From Mobula hypostoma (Eukaryota), in the NCBI RefSeq assembly GCF_963921235.1, contig NC_086107.1, positions 116,624,001 to 116,688,000 of the forward strand: a DNA stretch of 64,000 nucleotides, read 5' to 3'. Under the pieces are notes generated by a model. That model saw only the letters and a list, made by a program, of their open reading frames with translations, searched no databases and was not told the DNA's origin. The translations under genes and the position numbers were made by a program. Position 1 is the first letter of the stretch; each line of letters opens with the position of its first letter. This document shows positions 37,540-49,919 of this stretch, piece after piece.

Positions 37540-37684
37540 ACAGATACGTATATGGGTTTACACACTCAGAACATACATTTGCACATTCACATACATTTAC
37601 CAGCTGTGCACACACATTCTGAAATTGACAAGTACCCATTTTTTCACACGTAGCCACTCATTGCTGTGACTTTTGTCACCCTCA

Positions 37685-38245
37685 TCACACACCAACATAA
37701 CACAGATACAGAAAAACAGATAACAGACACAGACTTATATCCAGATAGACACATGCACGACACACAGCAACATATACACAAACATAAATACTGACAGACA
37801 CAAAAACACGAGACGTATACAGACACACAAAGATAACATAGACACACACATTATCAGTGACACACAGACTCAACAAAAACACTGAAGCTGACACACAGAT
37901 GCAATGTAAATGTATGCATGAACACTGACATGCAGGCACAACATACATATAGATTCACATAACAACTACAGATACAACAAAAACAGAAAGACAGGCATAT
38001 GTACACATAAACAGTGCCACATACACAACACACACAGATATACACATAAACACACACACACACACACACAACAAAACAGACACATATAGGGATATATGTA
38101 TAACCACAGACATGTACACACATAAACACAGACACACACATACGACAATACACAGAGACAAACACGGATATACAGTACATATAAACACAGACATGTACAC
38201 ACATAAACACACACAACAAAACACAGAGAGAGACAGACACACAGC
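37685..38245 (+). repeat. CA-rich low-complexity tract
   Basis: Degenerate (CA)n/(CAGA)n. Confidence 0.9.
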
Positions 38246-38334
38246 TGATTTCCCATCCCCTCTCTCCAGCCACCTCCAGGACAGATGCTCTCAGGCCCTG
38301 AGGGAGGTGGGGAGAGGAAGGGGGGTGGGGGCAG

Positions 38335-38496
38335 ACCATGGGAAGTAATCCCAGGGATTTGGAACCACGTCACCCTTGAAGCAATGTCACGCTGATCCAT
38401 ATCCTGGCTCTGTTCGCATAAACAGCTGAGTGGCAGCATTTTAATCTCGGGTAATCTGCTGCAGAGCCAAACACCGGTACAGCCTCTTAAGCACAC

Positions 38497-38553
<57 letters not shown>

Positions 38554-38660
38554 CTCGATCCACTCCCATCGCCCACCAGTCACTGATCTCGCTGCTCTCG
38601 TACACAGGCACTCGGTATGCACTGAGCCGGGGGGGCATTCAGCTTCGTGTGGGTAAGATC
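38335..38660 (+). promoter_or_regulatory. Candidate alternative promoter and non-coding first exon with K50-homeodomain (CRX/OTX-type) motifs
   Basis: TAATCC at 38346 with inverted GGATTT at 38355; TAATCT at 38442 and 38452; donor TGG|GTAAGA at 38652/38653. Unique sequence (apart from a (CT)n run) between simple repeats. Confidence 0.5.
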
Positions 38661-38739
38661 ACACACAATATCATGTATATCTTGACAGTGAGTCAGTGTG
38701 AGAGAGAGTGTGAGTGAGAGGGCCAGGCGGAGAGAGACT

Positions 38740-38890
38740 CTCTCTGTCTCGTTCTCCATCTCTGTCGCTCTGTCTCTCCCTGTCTGTCCATCACCCCTCT
38801 GCCTCCCTCCCTCCCCATCTCATTTTGACCCTTCCCCCTCCAGTCTCTCCTGCTCCCTCCCATTTCTCTTCATCTATTTATTCACTGCGT

Positions 38891-38930
<40 letters not shown>

Positions 38931-40475
38931 TTCTGTCTCTGTCTCTCTGACTCTCTCCCTCTCTCTCTCTCTCTTCCCATCTTCCATCTTGTTAATTTCT
39001 TTTGTCTGCCTCCATCCCCTTTCCTTTCCCACTGATAATGACCGGGCCTAATCTTCAACCCTCTCTCTTCATCCATCTCCCCTTCGCTCTCCTCCTCCTC
39101 TCCCCCTCTCTTTCTCTGTCCCCCTCTCCACCTCTCTCTCCTCCTCTTTCACCATTCTCTGTCCTTCTCTCTTCCCCCCTCTCTTCCCCCTCTCTCTGTC
39201 CCCCTCTCCACCTCTCTCTCCTCCTCCTTCATATTCTCTGTCCTCCTCTCTTCCCCCCTCTCTTCCTCCTCTCTCTGTCCCCCTCTCCACCTCTCTCTCC
39301 TCCTCTTCCCCCTCTCTCTCCCCCTATCTCTGTTCCCCTTGCCACATCTCTCTCCTCCTCTTTTGCCATTCTCTCTCCTCCTCTCTTCCCCCCTCTCTTC
39401 CCCCTCTCTCTGTCCCCCTCTCCACCTCTTTCTCCTCCTCTTTCACCATTCTTTGTCCTCCTCTCTTCCCCCCTCTCTTCCTCCTCTCTCTGTCCCCCTC
39501 TCCACCTCTCTCTCCTCCTCTTTCCCCCTCTCTCTCCCCCTATCTCTGTTCCCCTTGCCACATCTCTCTCCTCCTCTTTTGCCATTCTCTCTCCTCCTCT
39601 CTTCCCCCCTCTCTTCCCCCTCTCTCTGTCCCCCTCTCCACCTCTTTCTCCTCCTCTTTCACCATTCTTTGTCCTCCTCTCTTCCCCCTCTCTTCCTCCT
39701 CTCTCTGTCCCCCTCTCCACCTCTCTCTCCTCTTTCTCCATTCTTTTTCTCCCACTCTCTCTCCCCTCCTCCACACTCTCTCTATCCCACATTCTTCACC
39801 TTCCTTCCACTTTCTCAACCACTCTCCCCACCCCTTTGTCTTTCACACCCTCTCACCCCTTCCTTCTTGCCACTCAACCCTCCCTCTCTCCTTCTTTCTC
39901 CTCGAATCCCCATCTGTAACCCCAGTCCCACCTTCCTCTTTCTTCCCACTCTACCCCCTCTCTCCCTTACTCTCTCTTCTCTTTCCTTCTCTCCCCTCTC
40001 CTTCTTTCTTCCCCTCCATTGTTCTGCCTCCCTCTCTTCCCCACACCTCTCTCCACCACTCTGTCCCTGTCTCTAATTCTTCTCCCACCCTGTCAACCCT
40101 TTTTCTGCATTTTCTCCCCGTCTTCTGCCTCTTCTCAATCTCTTTCCTCCCCATTTTCTCACCTCACTCACCTTTCTCTCTCCCTCACTCTAACCAAACT
40201 CTTTACCTCACCTTCTTGCCCTCCATACCCTCTTTATTGCCCCATCCCATTTCTCTCATCTTCCTGTCTTCCTCTTCCCACTTTCCCCCTCCTCCTCTCT
40301 CCTCACCTCTCTTCCCCTCTTCCTTCCTTTCCCTCTGTCCCCCTCCCTCCTCTCCTTCCTCCTCTCTCACACCCTGTCCCCTTCCCTCTGCTCTTCCATT
40401 TCTGTCTCCCTCTCCCCACTTCCTCCTCATTCTCACCTCTCTCTATCACTCTTCACTGCATGTCCCCCTCCCTCC
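38740..40475 (+). repeat. Polypyrimidine tract with an internal 216-bp duplication
   Basis: TATCTCTGTTCCCCTTGCCACATC recurs at 39325 and 39541. Confidence 0.9.
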
Positions 40476-40802
40476 AGAGCAGTTTCTGTACATGGCAGGA
40501 TGAACGTGCAGGGGAGTTACATCAGATTCTGCGAGAGGTTGTTGAGGAGTGCGGCTGTGGTCAGACTATGAACTGCGTTTGGAGAGAGAGAGAGATGGAG
40601 ATGGATAGAGAGGGCAATAGAGAGATGGAATGAGGAAGAGACAGGAAGAGACATAGAGTGAGATGGGGAGAAAGAAACAGATAGGGAGCAATAGAGATGG
40701 AGAGAGAGACAGGGAAAGATACAGTGAGACAAGAGAAAGAGGGAGAGAACGAGAGACAGAGAGAGTCAGAAAGCGAGAGGGAGAAACAGAGGTGAGTGAA
40801 TC

Positions 40803-40838
<36 letters not shown>

Positions 40839-41059
40839 GACAGGGGTGAGAGGGAGCTCTACTCACTTTTACCAAGATGCAAATGTTAAACAGATGACTC
40901 TAGGGCTCTGAGCCAAAGTTGGGGGGGAAGAGGTCTCCACATGATCTCCATTTCTCACCTGTTCCCAGATCCACTGGGGTTGTCTGTTGTGGCTGAGGGT
41001 CTGCACAGATTGTCAAACCTCTCACATTAACCGTCAGGGCCAGAGGGGCCACAGAGACA

Positions 41060-41600
41060 GAGAGAGGTATGGGGAGGGAAGGGATGATGGAAATGGGGAA
41101 TGTGTAGGGGAGGAAGCGGTTGACAGAGACAGAGAGGGGTTAATGGAGATAGTGAGGGGTAGTGGAGTTGGGAGGGCAGTGTCCAGGACAGAGGGGGTGA
41201 TGGAGATAGGGAGGTGGTGATGGAATGGAGGGGGGGGGTGACGAAGATGGGGAGAAGGTGATGCAGACAAGGAGGAGTTGACAGAGATGGGGAGGGAGTG
41301 TCTCAGATGGAGAGGGGTTGACAGAGATGGGGAAGTGGTGATAGATTCAGGGAAGGGGTGATGGAGATGGGGAGGGATTTGTAGAGATGGAGATGGGGAC
41401 GGGTGTAGGGGATGGAAGGGGTGACAGAGACAGGGGGTGATTTGTAGAGACGGAAGCGGGAAGGGTCTGACGGAGGGGAGAAGGGGCTGATGACAATGGG
41501 GAGTGGTGTAGGGGAGGAAGGGGTTTGTGTTGATGGGGAGGGGTTGGGGGTGATGGAGATGGAGAGAGGGTGTCAGAGATGGGTAGGAGATGATGGAGAC
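41060..41600 (-). repeat. Diverged ~36-bp G-rich minisatellite, reverse complement of the array at 47290-49400
   Basis: Units like GTGTAGGGGAGGAAGGGGTGATGGAGATGGGGAGG. Confidence 0.75.
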
Positions 41601-41648
41601 AGTGAGTGGTTTAACTGCCTCACTCACTCCTCTTTCCCTTCTCCAGAC

Positions 41649-41773
41649 ATGCTGACCGAGTTGGCTTTGGGCTCCCTGTTCTTCCCCGCTCTGTTCAGTC
41701 TGTGCCGGAGGTGCCTGAAGCAGCTGCCAGTACCGGGATGGGGGGAGACCGATGCTGTCATTCTCTCCTCCAG
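41649..41773 (+). CDS. TLCD3B: TLC-domain ceramide synthase TLCD3B (FAM57B), first coding exon
   Basis: MLTELALGSLFFPALFSLCRRCLKQLPVPGWGETDAVILSS(R), similar to the vertebrate FAM57B N-terminus. Acceptor ...CTTCTCCAG|AC at 41646/41647; donor CAG|GTGAGT, phase 2. Confidence 0.88.
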
Positions 41774-41849
41774 GTGAGTGTGAGCCAGGTTGTGGTGACT
41801 GTCAGACCCTAGCCTGTGCCCCTCAAATGGACTGTGTCTCCCCAGTCTC

Positions 41850-44000
41850 TATCACTCCCATCTCCCTTCTCTTCCTTCCTCTTTCCCCATCCTCTCACTT
41901 CACATATTCTCTTCTTCACTCACCACCCATCTCCCACTCCCCTCTCCCCTTTGTCCTCCCTCCCTTCCTCCATTCCCCCTCTCCCTCTCTTCTCCCCATC
42001 CTCCTCTTCCTCCCCTTCCCTTCTCTCCTTCCCCAATCATCTTCCCCTCCTCCTTCCCTCTCTCTCCTTCCTTTCCCCTTCCCCCTCTCCCTCCCCCCTC
42101 CCTCCCCCCTCCCTTCCCCTCCCGTTCCCCCTCTCCCTCCCCCCTCCCTTCCCCCTCTCCCTTTCTCCCTCCCTTCCCCCTCCTTTCCCTTCCCCCTCCC
42201 TTCGCCTCTCCCTTTCCCTCTCCCTTTCCCTCTCCCTTCCCCTCTTCCTTCCCCTCTTCCTTCCCCTCTTCCTTCTCCCTCCCTTCCCTTCTCCCTTCCC
42301 TTCTCCCTTCCCTTCTCCCTTCCCCTCTCCCTTCCCCCTCTCCATTCCCCCTCCCTTCCCCCTCTCCTTTCCCCCTCTCCCTTTCCCCTCCCTTTCCCCC
42401 CTCCCTTCCCCTCTCCCTTCCCCCCTCTCCATTTCCCTCTCCCTTCCCCCTCTCCTTTCCCTTCCCCCTCTCCTTTCTCCCTCTCCCTTTCCCCTCCCTT
42501 TCCCCCTCTCCCTTCCCCTCTCCCTTCCCCTCTCCCTTCCCCTCTGCCTTCCCCTCTCCCTTCCCCTCTCCCTTCCCCTCTCCCTTCCCCCTCTCCCTTC
42601 CCCCTCTCCCTTCCCCCCTCTCCATTTCCCCCCTCCTTTCCCTTCCCCCTCCCTTCCCCCCTCTCCTTCCCCCCTCTCCTTTCCCCCTCTCCTTTCCCCC
42701 TCTCCTTTCCCCCTCTCCTTTCCCCCTCTCCTTTCCCCTCCTTTTCCCCCTCTCCCTTTCCCCCTCTCCCTTTCCCCTCTCCCTTTCCCCTCTCCCTTCC
42801 CCCTCTCCCTTTCCCTTCCCCCTCCCCTTCCCCCTCCCTTTCCCCCTCCCTTTCCCCCTCCCTTCCCCCTCCCTTTCCCCCTCCCTTCCCCTTCTCCCTT
42901 CCCCTTCTCCCTCCCCCTTCCCCCTTCCCCTTCTCCCTCCCCTTCCCTCTCCCCTTCCCCCTCTCCCTTCCCCCTTCCCCCTCTCCCTTCCCCCTCTCCC
43001 TTCCCCCTCTCCCTTCCCCCTCTCCCTTCCCCCTCTCCCTTCCCCCTCTCCCTTTCCCTCTCCCTTTCCCCCTCCCTTTCCTCCTCCCTTTCCCCTCTCC
43101 CTTCCCCCCTCCCTTTCCCCCTCCCTTTCCCCCTCCCTTCCCCCTCCCTTCCCCCTCTCCCTTCCCCTCTCCCTTTCCCCCTCCCTTCCCCCTCTCCCTT
43201 CCCCCTCTCCCTTCCCCCTCTCCCTTCCCCCTCTCCCTTCCCCCTCTCCCTTCCCCCTCTCCCTTCCCCCTCTCCCTTCCCCCTCTCCCTTTCCCCTCTC
43301 CCTTTCCCCCTCCCTTTCCCCCTCCCTTTCCCCTCTCCCTTTCCCCCTCCCTTTCCCCCTCCCTTTCCCCCTCCCTTCCCCCTCTCCCTTCCCCTCTCTC
43401 CTCTCTCCTACTCCCCTTCCCTGTACCCCTTCTCCCTCCCCTTCCACCCCTCTCCTTCACACTTTCTCCTTCCCCTTCTTCTTCACCCACCTGCTTTCCT
43501 CTTGGCCCACTTTCTCTTCCCCTTCTCCTTCCTATCCACCCTTTCCCTTCACATTCTCCCCTTCCCCCTCCTGCTTCCCCTCTCTTCTGCTCTCCCTTCT
43601 CCCCTCCCCTCCCCCTCCGTCTCCCCTACCCTCTCCGTCTCTCTCTCCCTCTCCCCTTTCCTCTCCCTTCCCCCTCACCCCTTCCCCTTCCCTTTCCTTC
43701 ATCTGTCCCTTCCCCCACCCCTTCTCTCTCTCCCCTTCCCTATCTCCCTTCCCCTCTCCCCCTCTCCTTTCCTCCTTCTCCCCTTCTCCCTCTCTGCCCA
43801 CCCTCTCATCTTATATATTCCCTTCTCCAGCCATCTCCTCTTCCCACTTCCCCTTCACCTTCTCCCCTTCCCCTTTCCTTTTCTTCCATCACGTGTCCCC
43901 ATTCCCCCATCACCCCCACCCTTCCCCCTGCCCCCTGCTCTTCCCCCCTCTCCCCTCACTGCACTGCCTCTCTGCTTTCCCTCTCACCACTTCTCACTCC
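41850..44000 (+). repeat. ~2.1 kb polypyrimidine tract
   Basis: (CCCTTCCCCCTCT)n-like; nearly purine-free from ~41990 to 43400. Confidence 0.97.
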
Positions 44001-44465
44001 CACCCGAAATCTCAAAGGGGAAATTCTAAGGCGAGGGCAAGTGGGATTATGGAAAACTCCACAGCATTCTACAGGCGGAGAGCAGGTGGATGGCCAGAGT
44101 GAGGGGAACACTGATCAGAGCCCGAGAGAAAGCGTGCTTGGAGTTGGAGGAGGTATGGGAGGTCCTTAGTGATGTTTGTGAGGACACCATGAAACAGGCT
44201 TATGTGCTGGATGTTAATAAAGTGGGTATGCTAGAACTTTTGAAAAACATTAGGATAGGTAAGTCCCCAGGACCGGAAGGATTATACCCCGGAAAGTTAC
44301 AGTGAGAAGCAAGGAAAGGGACTGCTGTGCCTTTGGCAATGATTTTTACATTATCACTGCCTACAAGAGCAGTGCCACATGATTGGAGGGTGCTAAATGT
44401 AATTCCTTTTTTCAAGAGAGGGAGTGGGGATAACCCTGGGAATTACAGACCAGTGAGTCTAACTG

Positions 44466-44778
44466 CAACTTTGCTATGGACAGTCCCATGTCCGGCTGAG
44501 AAAGAAGGACAGTTGGGCATGGGGCTATGAACCCCATCCCATAAAAACCCAGAGCTACAGAAACACTGAAGACCTCATTCCTGGGAGAGGAAGGATCTTT
44601 GCCTAGAAGACGTATGAAGTCGTGCAGCGAAAGCTGCTAGTCCGTGGAAGCCACTGGTCAATCAACCTTCTATCATCCAGGACCACCAGCAGTCTGGCCC
44701 AGATTGGAGAACTCTGGCAATCTGCTGTCGGCAGCCTATGCCCTTGTAGGGATGACGAGCTTAACTAGCCAATTAATT
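44466..44778 (+). mobile_element. Short non-autonomous, probably RTE-derived insertion in CR1
   Basis: Interrupts CR1 at the NYRPVSLT|SVVG codons; TAACTG at both junctions. Confidence 0.55.
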
Positions 44779-45096
44779 AACTGAATCTTCAGTGGTGGGC
44801 AATTATTGGAGATGCTTCTTAGAGACATGATTTATGAGCATTTGGAGAAGCATAGTCTGATTAGGAATAGTCAACTTGGCTTTGTGAGGGGCAGGTCTTG
44901 CCTCATGAGTCTGATTGAATTCTTTGAGGATGTGACAGAGCACATTGATAAAGATAGAGCAGTGGATGTGGTGAATATGAATTTAAGTTAGGAATCTGAT
45001 TAGGTGCCCCATGGTAGGCTCATTCAGAAAGTCAGGAGGTATGGGATCCAGGGAAACTTGGCTGTATGGATGCAGAATTGACTTTCCCATAGAAGG

Positions 45097-45402
45097 CAAT
45101 GTTCCCTTTAATTTGTAATGACCAGTGTGCACAAAAATCTTGTGCTGTGCAATTTTTTGCCCAATGCCAATAACATGTGTGCACTGAATAATTTCTTCAA
45201 TAAAAACAGTATAAATATGCCAGTTCTAAAATCCGCAGACAAATAATCACAAACTCCACATTGTCAACACCATCCACATCAGAAACCGGAAAAAGAAATG
45301 TGATCATGAAATATACTTAACATGTGCAATTTAAATTCCTTTGTGTACTAGTAGCAAAAGTTGTGTGCTTGTTCACCTGTGACCACCTCAGAGGGAACAT
45401 TG
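45097..45402. mobile_element. Non-autonomous DNA transposon (hAT-like MITE)
   Basis: TIRs CAATGTTCCCT / AGGGAACATTG; interrupts CR1; no clear TSD. Confidence 0.65.
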
Positions 45403-46430
45403 GTTATAGATGGAGCGTATTCTGCCCAAGTGTTGGTGACGATTGGGATCTGTACTTGGACCCCTGCTCTTTATGATTTTTATAAATTACTTGGATCAGG
45501 AAGGGGAAAGTTGGTTAGTAAGTTTGCAGTTGACACAAAGGTTACTGGAGGTGTGGATAGCGTAGAACATTGTTGTAGTTTACAACAGGATATTGACATG
45601 ATGTGGAGATGGGCTGAGGAGTGGCAGATGGAGCTCAATCTGGAAAAGTGTGAAGTGATTCACTTTGGAAGGTCGTACAAAGGCAGAGTACAGGGTTAAG
45701 GGCAGGTTTCTTAGCAATTTGCAAGAACAGAAAGATCTTGAGGCCCATGTCCGTCGATTTCTTACAGTTGCTACGCAAGTTGATTGGGTTGTTTAGAAAG
45801 TTTATGGTGGTTGGCCTTCATTAGCCAGGGGACTGAGTCAAGCACCGCAAAGTAATGTCACAGCTATAAAACCCTGCTTAGAGCACATTTGGAGCATTGT
45901 GTTGAGTTGTGGTTGGTCATTAGAGGAAGGATATGGAAGATTTAGAGAGAGTGCAGAGGAGATTCACCAGGATGCTGCCTGGATTAGAGAGCGTGTCATA
46001 TGCAGAAAGGCTGAGTGAGCTAGGGCTTTTTGGAGCGAAGGAAGATGAGAGGTGAAGACAGAGGTATATAAGACAATGAAAAGCATAAATCGAGTGGAGA
46101 GCCAGGGACATTTTCCCAGGATGAACATGGCTAATACAAGAGGGCATAATTTTAAGGTGATTGGAGGAAAGTGCAGAGTGGATGTCAGAGGTAGGTATTT
46201 TACACAGAGAGTGGTGGGTGTGTGGAACACGCTGCCAGGGGTGGTGTTGAAGGCAGATACATCGGGGACATTTAAGATAAGCACATGGATAAAAGAAAAA
46301 CGGGGGGCTATGTGGGAGGAAAGGTTAGATTGATCTTAGGATAGATTAAAAGTTGGCACAACATCATGGGCCAAAGGGACTGTACTGTGCTGTAGTGTTC
46401 TATGTTCGATGGTTCTCCCCCTCTCTACAG

Positions 46431-46517
46431 GCTGGTATCCTCAGTACAGGCAGTGATGGCATCAAGTGCAGGTCTTATCATCGTCCGGTCCTGCCGAAAT
46501 AACATCCTGGAAACCAG
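46431..46517 (+). CDS. TLCD3B: TLCD3B second coding exon
   Basis: 87 nt, (R)LVSSVQAVMASSAGLIIVRSCRNNILET(R). Acceptor CTCTCTACAG, donor CAG|GTGAGA. Phases match both neighbours. Confidence 0.9.
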
Positions 46518-46559
46518 GTGAGACATTCACCAGAGGGACTGGGATGGGACACTGGCGGA

Positions 46560-46870
46560 TAGGGGGATAGAGGGTGGGATGGAGCTATGAGAGTGAGGGG
46601 GAGAGAGAAAGATGGAGAGAGTGGAGGGAGAGATGGACAGAGAGAAAGGGAGAGGGAGGCAGGGAGAGATGGAGAGAGAAAGGGAGGGATGGAGGAATAG
46701 AGAGCGAGAGGGAGAGATGGAGGCAGGCAGGAGAGAAATAGAGAGAGGATAAAGAGATGGGGAGAAAGAGATATGGAGAGAAAGGGAGAGATGGAGAGAG
46801 AGGAGAGAGATAGAGAGAGGAGATGGAGAGAAGGCAGAGATAGCAATCTAGAGGGAGAGAGCATGGAGGC
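46560..46870 (+). repeat. Polypurine (G/A) tract
   Basis: GA-rich low complexity. Confidence 0.9.
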
Positions 46871-47289
46871 TGCAACAGAGGGAGGGGTGCCAGTGGAGGG
46901 TGTGCAGGCTGAGACAAACTCTCACGGTCTATTTGGTGGGGCGGATGTGTGCTGATATCACTGAGATCCCCGGAGCAGAGTGTGAGAGATCCGCTGGGGG
47001 TGACACAGGAAGAACTGCAACTTGATGAGGCCCCTCAAGGGAGGGAGGGAGCAGATGCTGGCAGAGGAGAGTCTGGAGAGTGATTCACAAGGTATTTCTC
47101 GGAGAGTCCTAGTGGGGTTTAACCAGTTTTCGTGTTTCGGTTAAGGAAATGTCAAGGGGATTTGCCACACATGCAGACAGTCACACCACACGCTGCCACT
47201 CAGATTATCGTCAGAGAAGCACATGACCTCGTGTAATGTAAAGGCTTTAATCTCAGTCCTTATCAAAGGATCTGCTTATGCAAACACTC

Positions 47290-49830
47290 TGTCTTCATCA
47301 CCCCTTCCCTCCCCAACACTCCTCCCGTCTCTGTCACCCCCTCCCTCCCCTACACCCCTCCCGTCTCTGTCACCCCCTCCCTCCCCAACACCCCTCCTCG
47401 TCTCCGTCACCCTCTCCCTCCCCGACACCCCTTCCTGTCTCTGTCAACCCCTCCCTCCCCAACACCCCTCCCATCTCCGTCACCCCCTCCCTCCCCCACA
47501 CCCCTCCCATCTCTGTCACTCCCTCCCTCCCCCACACCCCTCCCATCTCCGTCACCCGCTCCCTCCCCGACACCCCTTCCTGTCTCTGTCACCCCCTCCC
47601 TCCCCAACACCCCTCCCATCTCTGTCACCCCCTCCCTCCCCCACACCCCTCCCATCTCTGTCACTCCCTCCCAGCCCCACACCCCTCCCATCTCCGTCAC
47701 CCCCTCCCTCCCCAACACCCCTCCCGTCTCCGTCACCCCCTCCCTCCCCAACACCCTTCCCGTCTCTGTCACTCCCCTCCCCTACACCCCTCCCCCTCTC
47801 TGTCACCCCCCTCCCCTACACCCCTCCCCATCTCTGTCACCCCCTCCCTCCCCTACACCCCTTCCTGTGACTGTCACACCATCACTCACTACACCCCTCC
47901 CCATCTACCCCCCTCTCCTGTACCCACTTCCCCATCACCTCCTCCCTTCCCTACACTCCTCCCCATCCCCATCACCTCCTCCCTTCCCTACACTCCCCCG
48001 TCTCCATCACCTCCTCCCTTCCCTTCACTCCCCCCCGTCTCCGTCACCCCTCCCTCCCCAACTCTGTCATCCCTGATTCCCCCTTCCTTGTTTCCATCAG
48101 CCCCTCACGCCCCTACAGTCTGCCCATCATTACTCGCTTCCTCCCCATCTCCGACACCCCCCTCCCTTGTGCCCCATCTCCATCACCACCACCCTCCCCT
48201 ATGTACCTTCCTCTTACCCCTTCCCAATTCAGTAACCACCTCCATCACCTACTCCTCTACCTGTCTCCACCACCCACTTCCTCCCCATACCCTTTCATCT
48301 CCCAACCTTCCCTCCCTATCTCGTCACCCCTCCTCATCCATCTCTGTCACCCCTTCCTACTCTACACCCCTTCCCATCTCCGTCAACATCCCTCCCTCCC
48401 CTATGCCCCTCCCATCTCCGTAAAACCCTCCGTCCCCTACACACCTCCCTGTCGTACCCACACCTCCCTTACTCCCTTGTTCTCCTACGCCCTTCCCTGA
48501 CTCCATCACCCTCTCCCTCCGCTACACCACTTCCCATCTCTGTCACTCCCTCCCTCTCTTAATCCCCTCCCTGGCTCCATTATCCCCTCCCATGCCTGCA
48601 CCCCTCGCCATCTGTCACCCCCTCCCTTCCCTACACCCCTCATGTCTCCATCACCTCCTCCCTCTCCTACACCCATTTTCGTCTCTGTCACCCCCTTCCC
48701 CCTCTCCGTGTCTGTCGTCCCTCCCACTCCACACCTATCCCCGTCTCCCCCCTCTCCCATACACCCTTCCCCATCAGCCCCCCCATCCCCTCTCCCCGTT
48801 TCCATCATCCCCTCCCTCCCCTACACCTCTCCCCATCTCTGTCATCCCCTCCCTCCCGTGCAGCCCTCCCCATCTCCGTTAAACCCCCACCCCTCTGTCA
48901 CCCCGTACACCTCTCCTCATCTCCATCACCCCCTCACTCGCATACAGCCCTCCCCATCTCCATCACCCCTTCCTTCCTCATCTCCATCACCCCTCCCCCA
49001 TCTCTGTCACCCCTCCCTCCTTGTCTCCATCATCTCCACCCTCCTCGTCTCCATAATCACCTTCATCACCTACTCCCCTCTCTGTCTCTGCCACCCCTCC
49101 CTCTCCTATACCCTTCCCTGTCTTCTACCCCTCCCTCCATATCTCCATCAACCCTCCCTACCAGTCTTCATCACCCCTTCCATCCCCTACAACCCTCCCT
49201 GTCTCTATCACCCCCTCCCTCCCCTACACCTCTTCCCTTCCGCATTATCCCCTCCATCCCCCACTCTCCTTCCCGTCTCCGTCACCCCTTTCCCTCCCCT
49301 GTACTTCTCCCCATTTCTATCACCCCCTCCCTCCCCTACATCCCACCCTGACTCTGTCAAACCCTCTCTCTCCATCTCCATCACCCTTCCCTCTACTACA
49401 CTCTTCCCCGACCTTGTGATACCCTCGTTTCCCTAGGTCCAACACCGCCCCCTCCTTACCCATCTCTATGACCCTCCCTGTCTTCCCTGCACTCCCTCAT
49501 GTGTGTGACTTGTTTCTTTCTCTAGACCCCTCCTTGTCTGCATCACTCCCTGCCCACTCTATACTCCTGGCCATTTCTCTAAACCCCTCTCTTCCCACTC
49601 CCCTCCTCATCTGTGTGACCTTGTTCGGCATCTACACCACTCTCCTTCTCTCTGAAACCTCTGCTCTTCTCCCTTTCTCCGTGAAACCCCCTATAGTTCC
49701 CTACTCCACACCCCTGCCCATTTCTCTAAAACTCTCCCTCCTTACTCTCCACCTCATCGCTGTGACCTTCTCTGATCTCTATGCACTCTCTATCCCCTCG
49801 CACTCCTCCCTTTCTCTAATTCGCCATCCG
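47290..49830 (+). repeat. ~36-bp C-rich minisatellite, homogeneous at 47320-47870 and decaying rightwards
   Basis: Unit near CCCCTCCCATCTCTGTCACCCCCTCCCTCCCCAACA; 12-aa periodicity in ORF 47223-47870. Confidence 0.9.
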
Positions 49831-49919
49831 CTGCCACTGCTTCATAACCCCGTGATTCTTTCCAATGCAGTCATCTGTCTTTTAAACGTTGTAGTTTTAC
49901 CCGCCCTCTACCAGCTCGT

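Larger units (their letters stand above)
44010..46416 (+). mobile_element. Degenerate CR1 LINE in intron, tail abutting the exon acceptor
   Basis: ORF2 remnants (KSPGP, NYRPVSLT, EVIHFGR); tail GTTCTATGTTCGATGGTTC. Confidence 0.87.

Noticed and set aside
40480..40791. Possible extra 5' UTR exon ending at GAG|GTGAGT
   Set aside because: Mostly GA simple repeat; the donor-like motif alone is insufficient.
41752..44169. Very long Pro/Ser/Leu- and Gly/Glu/Arg-rich ORFs (805, 737, 524 aa, and similar at 39-40 kb and 47-49 kb)
   Set aside because: Open in several frames on both strands only because pure pyrimidine or purine tracts lack stop codons; they lie in introns.
47025..47091. Alternative coding first exon ending at CAAG|GTATTT
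   Set aside because: Phase 1 donor is out of frame with the exon at 63029 (immediate stop) and there is no TLC-family similarity.
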